A stretch of DNA of 64,000 bases. Origin: Paragordius varius (taxonomy: Eukaryota; Animalia; Nematomorpha). Every line of letters begins with the position of its first letter. Within the stretch, counting starts at the first letter, position 1. Shown piece by piece: positions 1 through 10,500 of the stretch. The notes beneath the pieces are model-generated. The model did no database searches. It was given only the letters and a program-made list of their open reading frames with translations, and had not been told where the DNA came from. The stretch covers positions 2,294,001 to 2,358,000 of the forward strand of contig OZ176058.1 of assembly GCA_964247055.1 (NCBI GenBank). Reading direction: 5' to 3'. Both the position numbers and the translations under genes were made by a program.

Positions 1-715
1 TTTAAAAACAACTGACACGTATCTTATTTAATATTATAGAGTTTTCTAAATATTGAGCCTGGTAATATATTTTAGATTGATGAAACCATTCGCCCTTAAT
101 ACATTTCCATTATTTTACCACACTGCTTATTTTGTTTGGATTCCAGTTGCAAATAAAATGGGAAAATGTTTATACAATATAACATATTATTATTTTTCAT
201 TAATTATCAACATTGAATTCGAAATAAATTTATGATGAAATAAATTCTTTACATTTAAGAAATTTTCGAGAATTAATTTTTTTTGCTTTCACGAAATTGA
301 TATATTTAGCATATTTTTATATGCCATGCTATTAAATATTAACAGAGCTTTTCAATAAATTTATCCTCTTTTGTATCCACTTAATTAATAGGTTAATAAG
401 CCAAAATTTATCGATTTAACATTACATAGCATTAACAAAGGTTTTAATTACTTATAAAACCTAATTTTATACATAGATAGTTTCCAAAAATAATTTTATC
501 CATATAAATCTGTCAAGTGTGCCCTACACCACACTTGCAAAATCTTTAAGTCTTATCTGATCATATGATTACCTCCGAATCAAGTTTTCTTGCTTGACTT
601 AAGTCGTCCAATGTTAATTTTTTTTATCAAATGAAAGCAAACCATGATTTTGAAAACTTGCAAGTCAGGTCAAAAACTTTTTATCACCCCACCCACTATT
701 ACAAAGTTGTAAGGG

Positions 716-1104
716 TATTATTTGGGGATGGCAAGGAATTTATTGTATATCACAAATATTGTATATCACAAAAACAACTGCGCGTTATATCATGATATCT
801 ATATATATATATCTACGATAATTAGGTTTAATGTATTCACATATATCAAGGTAAGATGTTTGCTTATATACAATTATCTCAAATTATAATAATAATCACA
901 AGTGGTGGGGAGGTTATAACAATATAATAAAAGTATACAGATAAGTTAATAGGTTAATGTACTGCAAGGTATAATAATAATATTCACAAGTGGTGGGGAG
1001 GTTATAACAATATAATAATAGTATACAGATAAGTTAATAGGTTAATGCACTGATATATAACGAATGTAGTGTGTTTACAAGTCTATTCAAATTAGCCTCT
1101 AACA
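716..1104 (-). repeat. 3' LTR (389 bp) carrying two copies of an internal ~88-bp unit
   Basis: Matches 5089-5390; minus strand starts TGTTAGAGG and ends CCCCAAATAATA; the unit containing CACAAGTGGTGGGGAGGTTATAAC occurs twice. Confidence 0.93.
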
Positions 1105-1120
1105 TCACTTCCCCCTCCTT
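1105..1120 (-). promoter_or_regulatory. Polypurine tract
   Basis: Minus strand AAGGAGGGGGAAGTGA directly abuts the TG of the 3' LTR. Confidence 0.75.
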
Positions 1121-1610
1121 AACGAAAGCGGGCAGGTTTCTGCCGATTTCTCGTCGGGTACCTCCGTTCTTGTGTTTTAGCGGGCGAGTAGATAGTCTCA
1201 GGTTTCTGGGTATTATCATTATTTGGACTTTCGGCTGTCGGAGTAATTGGTTCGATTTCTTAGCTTGCATTGATCGTGTTTGGTTGCGTTTCAGCGATTG
1301 TTCCATCATCCGTGGCAGTGGTTACCTCCTCCTCATTTGTGTTGCTGGAAGTGGTCGGCTGTGGTTGTGGTTGTTGTACTATTTGGTCAGCGTGTTTCCT
1401 CACAACTTTGTCTCGGTCCTTGTCCCATACCTTGTATGAAAATAACCCTGTACGGTCCGTAATCTCTCCGGCGCGCCCCCTGGACTTAATTCATTTTTAA
1501 TCATTACCTGGTCATTAATGGCAAACTGCCGTCGGGGGGCCGGTGCATCTAACAATCTCTCCCTACTATTTAACCAGGTTAAGGGCGTATGGGGGGGTAC
1601 GCTTAAACAT

Positions 1611-2888
1611 TTACTGGGCCGGGGTTTCTTTCGTTGTTGAGTGTATAGAATTTCTATACGCCCATAAGCTAGTGTTAAATCCTTCGTGGGTGGATAACCC
1701 ATTGTTTTTTATTCTTTTGTATTTATTTTTTGTTGTACCTACTAACCTTTCTACCATCCCATTACTCTTAGGGTGGTATGGGGTAACCTTAATATGTTTC
1801 ACCCCTAACCTACTTAATGTTGACGTAAAGTACTCGTTACTGAAATATGAAGCGTTATCGCTCACAATCTCTCTTGCAAAGCCAAACCTTGCAAACGCTT
1901 CTTCTAATTTGTGGATTATATTCGCTGCGGTTACCTTTTTCAACATAAATCCTTCTGCCCATTTCGAGGCACTATCAATTATCAACAACCAATACAAACC
2001 GTCTACCGGTCCGGCTATAACAATATGCAAACGCTCCCACACAGCAACATTATGATCCCACTGATACGTGGAATTCTGAGTGACATTCGGCCTACTACGT
2101 TGGCACGATTCGCATTGACTACTGGCTTTTACCAGGTCATTTTCTAATTCTGGCCAATAACACATAAATCTGGCCATCGCTTTCATGGTCTCTACGTTGT
2201 TATGCCCGCTGTGTAGGTATCTCACCACCTCTTTTTGGAGGGGCTTCGGAATTACAATCCGATCATTTAAACTTAATAAGCCATATTGATATGCCAACTC
2301 GTCTTTACGGTTTACAAACTTTTTTAATTCTGGAGAACTCCAGTCATGGTTGTTTAACGCTTTAATTACTTTTTGTAATACTGCATCTAATGCCGTTTCT
2401 TTTCGAATTTCATCTCGGCTTAACCGCACGTTATGACAATTCAAAAATCTCAAATATCTGGTAACCGCATAATCTTCATCATAGGCAACGATCTCGTCAA
2501 TCGGCCATCTCGATAAATAATCAGCTCTATTTTGAGCCCCTTTTTGATGACTTATTTCAAAGTCATATTCATTTATCACATTAATCCACCTTAGTATTTT
2601 AGCATTATGAATCTCTTTTAAATTTCGATCTCTATTTATTAACTTTACTAAGAGTAAATGGTCAGTTAATATTGTAAATTTCCTACCATATATGAAGCTA
2701 TGAAACTTTCTTAACGCAAATAATATCGCTTTTAATTCCTTCTCTATCGTGGAATAATTTTTTTCAGCGTTGCTACATTTTTGTGAGGCATACGCTATCG
2801 GTAACCTTTCACTATTAATTTCATGACTAAGAATACATCCGAATCCTACATCTGACGCATCAGTTTCTATTATCAATTTCCTATTCAA
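1611..2888 (-). pseudogene. Retrotransposon pol: RNase H plus integrase (zinc finger and core)
   Basis: IIETDASDVGFG, YASQK, NYSTIEKEL, FTILTDH (RNase H); HSGH...CESC zinc finger; IVSDN, YHPKSNGMVER core. First catalytic Asp is mutated (LHIVIAGP instead of LHIDFAGP). A frameshifted tail continues towards the PPT. Confidence 0.92.
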
Positions 2889-2927
2889 TTATATGGTGTT
2901 AAAAACACTTTTTCGCTTAACAAATTC

Positions 2928-4200
2928 TTAGCTGATAACCAGTTTCTCATGTTTCTCAGTCCAATACCATCTCATATTTTTACTAGTTAATTCATGTAAG
3001 GGACCGACTATCATTTGTAATTTTGGTATAAAGCGTTCATGAAATGTCAAAAAACCTAAAAAGCTACGTAACGACTTTTTATCTACCGGCCTTTTTAGTT
3101 CCTTGATTGCTTTGATTTTGCTTTCACAGGGACTTATACCCTTTTTCGATATTTCAAATCCTAAATAGTTTACTGATTCTGCGCCTATCATTATTTTATC
3201 TTGTCTTAATTTAAATCCGGCCTTATCGAGACGACTTAATACGTTATTTAAATTGTTAATGTGCTCATTTTCCGTCCTACCAGTCACTAGGACGTCATCT
3301 AAATATACGCAAGTTCCCGGACTTTCGGCCAGCACTTTTTCCATCACTCTTTGGAAGATGATAGGTGCCGTGGCCAGTCCAAACGGCATGCGTTTGTATC
3401 TAAAAAAACCCTTATGTGTTGAGATAGTTAACAATTCTTGACACTCCTCTGCCACTGGCATCTGGAGGTAAGCATCTTTTAAATCAATTTTCGTGAATGT
3501 GATACCTTCACCTATTTTCGACACCAACTCATCAAAAGTGGGAAATATGTGGGAGTCTTCTTGCAACCACTTATTAATCGTTACCCGAAAATCACTACAT
3601 ATTCTTAATAATCACTACATATTCTTAATTCGCCATTCGGTTTAAGTACATTAACCGTAGGCGTGGCCCATGTCACAGGTGTGGTGTTAGGATCAACCGG
3701 TTCTAAAATGCCTAACTTTTCTAGCCTCGTCAGCTCTTTCTCCACCTTTTCTCTTAATGGAAAAGGCACCCTGCGACATGGCCATACTTTCGGGATCGCA
3801 TTCGCTGCAATGCGAATTTTTACAGGGTCCTTATAACACCCTTACTTATTTTCGAATAAATTTTTAAAATTTTCACAAATCTCATTCAATTTAAGATAAT
3901 TAACTTTAACCTGTGGCATCTCAATCTGGAATTTCGCCATCCAGTCCAGTCCACAGATTAGCGGGGCCATTCCCATCGTTTTGCATAGGACACATATGTC
4001 CCCGACCATTTGTTTACCATTTAATTGGACTTTGACACTTGCCGTCCCCATCATTGGCACTGTGGTATTGTTGTACGATTTTACTGGGGGTGTCGGATGC
4101 AGCTTGGGTTTACCGATTTGCTCCCATGTGGCAAAGTTTATTACACTGATGTCCGAACCGGTATCATATATAAAATCTTTTTTATCCCGTTTATTACTAA
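2928..4200 (-). pseudogene. Retrotransposon aspartic protease and reverse transcriptase, disrupted
   Basis: DFIYDTGSDIS protease motif (after a frame change at 4177-4183); RVPFPLREKVEKEL, KIDLKDAYLQ, RMPFGL, YLDDVLV RT motifs; in-frame TAA at 3842-3844; 20-bp tandem duplication at 3591-3629. Confidence 0.92.
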
Positions 4201-5072
4201 TGTTATCAATAAGGGGCTTAGCGCCTTATGACCCACGTTAACTTCCTTCGACAATTGCCTATTGAAGTGCGGTCTTTGTTTTTTGGCTACACACATTCTC
4301 GCAAAATGGTTTAGCTTTCCGCATTTGTTGCAGGATCGTCTCCAGGCAGGACACTTGTTGGGTGGGTGTGTGGTGCCGCAATATTTACATGTGGTAGAAG
4401 GTTTTATTATTGTTTGTCGATTGGATTTATTGTGTTGTAACCGATTGATATTATTATTGCTACTATATCGATTGCTATTGTTATTACTATTATTGTTATT
4501 CTGTAATCCAGCCTTAGCAGACTCATGTGCCAGTGCGAGATCTACGATTGTTTCTAGTGGAACAGGAATACCGTTTATCAAAGCATCTGGATACCTGGAA
4601 TGGATATCCATCTCTAGTTGAGGCTGTCGCAGTCCTATTACGAATGCATCACGAATACGTTGTTCTATCGCTTCAGTAAATTGAGCTTCTTCAGCTCCTA
4701 TCTTGACACGCTCAAGGAAATTGGGTAAAACTTTCACCCTCGTTGCGTACCAGCCTATAGAATTCAAAACGACTTTGGAATTTTGATTTTGTCGGATTGA
4801 ATATTTTTTTGCCTGTTTCCGTGATCTCCGCCCATGTGGCGTCTTTTATTTTCTTGGGATAAAGGTGTTGGTAAATCTTTCTTACTATCATAAATCCGCC
4901 ATATGCCAATATCGTTGATTTAAGCGTTCTTTCGGTTACTGGAATATGCCTCGAGTACGTTGCTAATGTACTCGAGGTACTCTTCAAATTTATTATTATC
5001 GTTATATTTTTCTATGGCTAAATTCGTAATACTAGCATGGGGAGCTGTGGTGTTCATTGGTTCGTCTGTCAT
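4141..5072 (-). pseudogene. Retrotransposon gag with tandem zinc knuckles, frameshifted
   Basis: ATG at 5072 just downstream of the PBS; IRDAFVIGL; CKYCGTTHPPNKCPAWRRSCNKCGKLNHFARMC; frame break near 4712. Confidence 0.88.
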
Positions 5073-5073
5073 A

Positions 5074-5087
5074 TTTTTTGGCCACCA
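5074..5087 (-). promoter_or_regulatory. Primer-binding site
   Basis: Minus strand TGGTGGCC(AAAAAA) begins 1 nt after the 5' LTR and is complementary to a tRNA ending ...GGCCACCA; the tRNA identity was not determined. Confidence 0.6.
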
Positions 5088-5088
5088 A

Positions 5089-5390
5089 TATTATTTGGGG
5101 ATGGCAAGGAATTTATTGTATATCACAAATATTGTATATCACAAAAACAACTGCGCGTTATATCATGATATCTATATATATATATCTACGATAATTAGGT
5201 TTAATGTATTCACATATATCAAGGTAAGATGTTTGCTTATATACAATTATCTCAAAGTATAATAATAATCACAAGTGGTGGGGAGGTTATAACAATATAA
5301 TAATAGTATACAGATAAGTTAATAGGTTAATGCACTGATATATAACGAATGTAGTGTGTTTACCAAGTCTATTCAAATTAGCCTCTAACA
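5089..5390 (-). repeat. 5' LTR (302 bp) with a single internal unit
   Basis: Near-identical to 716-1104 apart from the missing ~88-bp unit and about 2 small differences. Confidence 0.93.
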
Positions 5391-6010
5391 AAGGGTAATT
5401 GATTTCTTAATGTTTACTTGTTTTATCAAACCTTTCCCCGCACCTATATAAGCATTAGAAATCTACCATTTCATACAACTTTTAGACAAAGGGTGAATAT
5501 TTCACTCGATTTGTATTTGGGTAAATTTATTGTTGATACATAGTTAGATTTTATTTTTCATTTCCACTCTATTTATTGCATTTAGAATAACTATTTATAA
5601 GACTACATGACAGCGAAGCTTGACAGTTAGCTTTTAAAAAAAAATCCATTGTGTGGCTCATATAAAATATTAAAATTTATTGATTAAGCGATGGGTGTAT
5701 CTAACCTAAAAAATGGCAGTTTTTTTAAAGATTCCACCAAGATATAAAAAGTTTTACATGAATAGATGCCAGATTTTATAAATATCCAACAGTATACAAA
5801 TAATTTTAACCTGCTTGTTACATTCAAAATGTAAATGACGATCATTTTTAAAACAAGTATATTATTATAAATATATATAATTTTTTAAACACTGCATATT
5901 AATTATTCATAAAATTCAATATCAAATTTCCACAGTAATTGGAACTAAAAGTAAGCCTTAATTAATTTAACACATGATAGTTATTTTTTGTTTAACCTGC
6001 TGTTTCTACC

Positions 6011-7465
6011 ATGTCTTCTTCAATCCGATATGTTAAGACAGATTGGACTTGTACAGACCCACAGTTTTTACCATTTTTATACATTTATTTACTTTAAAAT
6101 TTTTTGAAATTTTTTTATTGATATATATATTCATAGATGTGGAAACGTAAATTTCGCCCGACGTGATTCTTGCAACCGTTGTGGAAAATGTAAGTTTTTT
6201 TACATGAATAATTTATTATAAAAACCGGCATTTTTTATTGCCCTGATTATGATTTTTTGATATATTTATTTTAAATATAAGTATCTGCTAATGTTCCAAA
6301 CAGTGAAATTCGGTATGATATATACGGCCTTTGAGAAAAGATAAATATTTTTTGTGACCTAAAACCTTTTGGTTAACATCAGTGATAAAAACCCAATTAT
6401 TAAATTTCTAAACCTATATCCATAATTTTTTTAATACTCTTTTTTTTATTTCTAAACTAGCCAAACCATTTGAGAAAAAACCGAAAAAGATTGGGAAGGA
6501 GCTTGGAAAAAGCCTAGCTGAAAAAAGTAAAGGCTTATTTGCCCCCGAAGATTGGCAATGTATGACTTGTGGTAATGTTAATTGGGCCCGAAGGAATAAT
6601 TGTAACATTTGTAACTCTTCAAAGTTCGGAAAAGTTGAAGAAAGAACAGGTGATTTTATAAAAAATTAAAAAATTTTTTTTTTATAAAACATGGTAAATT
6701 GATTAATTTTGTTAAAGATGTTATGCGGGGATAAATGGAAAATTTGACTCTTTAAAAAAATTAAAATGCTGTTATGAAAATCTCAAAAAAAGTATTTTTA
6801 ACATTGATTAAACAATTTTTAAAAAGTTAAACGAAATCTCTTGTAACTCTTCAAAGTTTGAAAAAGTTAGAGAGAATAGGTGTTTTTTAATAGTGTTCTG
6901 AAAATAAATAACTATTTTTTTAAATAATTTAAATATATTTTGTTTAAAATGTTTTACAGAATAATTATAACAATTTAAACTCTTTAAAGTTTTGGAAATT
7001 TGTAGAAGAACAGGCCATTTTTTTTTAAAATTAAATAATTATTGTTTTAAAAGTAAAATTTTTTTTAATGATAACATTTTTAGAAGATTTGTTATATTAT
7101 TGAAACTAAAATTTTTTATTTTATTAAATAAGGTAAAAACATTGAGTATTTATGAGTTTCTTTTTCAATAATTGTATCTAAATTCTTCTAAGTTTTGGGA
7201 AAATTGAAAAAAGTGACAAGTATTTTTTAAAATATTTTAAAAAAATCTTTTTTAAAAAATCTTGCTGAGAATATAATTTAAATTTATTTTATTATATATC
7301 GAAAATATATTTCGAAAACAGGGGTGTAAACATAAGAACGATAATATTTTATCAAATTTTTACCTTTTATAATAAAATAGACTTTAAAAAAAATTATTAA
7401 TCATTAGTTTATTTTACCTCATTATTTTTTTGTAAAAAAATAAAAACAACAAAGAATAATTATCA

Positions 7466-7533
<68 letters not shown>

Positions 7534-10500
7534 AAATTTTTATATTTAACCAAATCTGAAAAAAACTTTTAAATTTATAAAATGTAACACATTTTTTAAG
7601 ATATATATTAAATAAAATATAATAATAAAACCATCATATTTTTTTCATTTAAAAACGCATTTTTTTCAAAAATGTTCATATGTTTGCTAATAGGTCTAGG
7701 TGGCGGATATAATGAACGCGAAAATGTGGAATATGTTGAAAGGGAGGAATCTGACAATGAATATGATGAAGTTTATAAAAAATATTTTTTAAAAAAATTT
7801 TTTTATTTAAATTTTATTTTTAAAATTTATTTTTATATGATAAAATTCGAATATTTTAATTTATAATTTTTATAAATTAAATTTTTTTATTGGATATTTA
7901 ATATTATTTATAAATATTTTATTTTCATAAAAATATAAATATATACTAATTTAATATGTTAAATTTTTAATTGATCAAAATATTTTTTTTTTAAAATTTT
8001 AATATTTCATATTTTAAAAATATGGGTTAGTTTTAAAGTTGGTTAATATAAAATTATTTTTTATTTTTTTACCTCTTTTATTTATTTTCTATAAACTTTT
8101 TTTAAAATATAAATTATTTTAAAAAACTTAATTATGAGAGTTATGAACAGCTCTTTAAATATAAAATCATGTATTTTTCGTTAATAAATTCATATTTTTA
8201 TGGTGAAAACGAAAAGTATTGATTAAAAAATATTTTTTCGTGTTAAAACTAAAAAATATAAGGATGGCATTTAAAAATGCTCAATTTTTTAAAATCTTTT
8301 TTTTCCAATTTAATAGCTTAATATAATAATCATAACTTTTATTTTAATTAGCATATATAATTTATTATATATATATATATACAGTAAAAATTATGATTAT
8401 ACAGACGAACAAAGTGTATAAAATATAAAAGCAAAAAAAATTTTAATTCTCGAATTTTTAAAATTTTAATAATTGTTTTTATAAATTAATGATATATATA
8501 TATATTGGTAAATTAATCATTCATATATTTTATAATTGTAATTAAATAATTTATATAATATAAAAAAATGGTTTAAAAAAGCATGATTGTTTTTATGAAA
8601 AAATATTTGTCTTTATATTTTATAAAAGTTTGGACGTATTAAGAAAAAATTTCGCGGAAAAATTTTATCAACTGGTGGAATTTTAGAACAACAAACAGCT
8701 GAGGAAAGTCCAACCAAAAAATCACCTCAGTCCAATGATAATAACTCTGATGAGGTTTAATTTATTAAATTTTTATTTTATTTTTTTAAAAAAAGTTAAT
8801 TTCAAAAACATTTCTTTGAAAAGTTTTATCTAATGATGTTGGAATTTATTTCTAAATTTATAATATATATCTATATATATACAGTATGCATTTTAATGTA
8901 TGTTAAGTAATTTTATTGCCTGCCAAATAACATAAATGGTTTATCAAATGCGTAAAATACTGACCCACAAAATTATTTCGCAGTACACATATGAAAGAGG
9001 ATAGACGTGAGAATTAACATAGGCTTTAATTTAATGGATATTTTGTAATGTTAAATTTTGAGAATATTATAGCAATTTATGTTAACATTTGTAATATTGT
9101 TGTTACGTATTTAGATGCGGAATTTTGTGGGATTTTATCTTTGATAAATTAATAAATAGTAAAATACGTATTTTAAGATTTTTATATTTCCTAAATTAAA
9201 TATTTTATATTTTTCAACATGCTAAATACCTGTATTAATTAATATTGGTATTATAATTTTATTTAGTTGTTATTACTAATTAAAAAAACACAGGTAAATA
9301 CATATTTGTGAAAAATTAAATAGATTTTAGATTTTTGTCTTTTATGTTTTGCATTGTTAATTATTAATAATTTTTAAGTATTTCAGACATTTTAATCAAG
9401 TAAAAATTGCGGTTTTTAAATTTAGTCAAATTTAATTTTTTTTTTGTTTTTTTATTTAATATTGTTATTTGTAATTAACTACTACATATTTTGGACATTT
9501 TAATAATTACAGGTAAAAATTGCGGTTTTTAACAAATTTAGTAAAAATTTAGTTTTTTTTTGTTTTTTAGGTTTTGCATTGTTAATTGTAATTAACTACT
9601 AAATATTTTGGACATTATAATAATTACAGGTGAAAATCGCAGTTTTTAACAAATATTGTAAAATTTTAGTTTTTTTTTGTTTTTTTAGGTTTTTCATTGT
9701 TAATTGTAATTAATTACTACATATTTTGGACATTTTAATAAATACAGGTAAAAATTGCAGTTTTTAACAAATATTGTAAATTTTTAGTTTTTTTTTGTTT
9801 TTTTAGGTTTTGCATTGTTAATTGTAACTAACTACTACATTTTGGACATTTTAACAATTACAGGAAAAAATTGCGGTTTTTAAGAAATTTAGTAAAAATT
9901 TAGTTTTTTTTTGTTTTTTTAGGTTTTGCATTGTTAATTGTAATTAACTACTACATATTTTGGACATTTTAATAATTACAGGTAAAAATTGCGGTTTTTA
10001 ACAAATTTAGTAAAAATTTAGTTTTTTTTAGTTTTTTAGGTTTTTCATTGTTAATTGTAATTAATTACTACATATTTTGGACGTTTTAATAAATACAGGT
10101 AAAAATTGCAGTTTTTAACAAATATTGTAAAATTTTAGTTTTTTTTTGTTTTTTTAGGTTTTTCATTGTTAATTGTAATTAATTACTACATATTTTGGAC
10201 ATTTTAATAAATACAGGTAAAAATTGTGGTTTTTAACAAATTTAGTAAAAATTTAGTTTTTTTTGTTTTTTTAGGTTTTTCATTGTTAATTGTAATTAAT
10301 TACTATATATTTTGGACATTATGATAAATACAGGTAAAAATTGCAGTTTTTAACAAATTTAGTAAAAATTTAGTTTTTTTTTGTTTTTTTGGGTATTTCA
10401 TTGTTAATTGTAATTAAATACTATATATTTTGTAATAAATACAGGTGAAAATTGCGGTTTTTAATAAAAGTAAAAATTTAACATTTTTGTGTTTTGTATC

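Larger units (their letters stand above)
716..5390 (-). mobile_element. Full-length Ty3/Gypsy (Mag-like) LTR retrotransposon, coding regions degenerate
   Basis: Direct LTRs at 716-1104 and 5089-5390; identical 5-bp target-site duplication AAGGG at 711-715 and 5391-5395; PBS and PPT in the expected minus-strand positions; domain order gag(CCHC)-PR-RT(YLDD)-RNaseH-IN. Confidence 0.95.

Noticed and set aside
53-235. 60-aa hydrophobic ORF at the window start
   Set aside because: Could be an exon of a gene outside the window, but there is no recognisable motif or linked exon.
555-615. Minus-strand exon-like segment (LDDLSQARKLDSE followed by GTAATC)
   Set aside because: It has a plausible donor but no clear acceptor or partner exon; cannot be supported.
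1034-2147. Plus-strand and short ORFs over the retroelement (1071, 1270, 1280, 1543, 1911; also 3253, 3981, 4025, 4262, 4960)
   Set aside because: Antisense shadows of gag-pol or LTR sequence with no independent motifs; no env-like ORF is supported.
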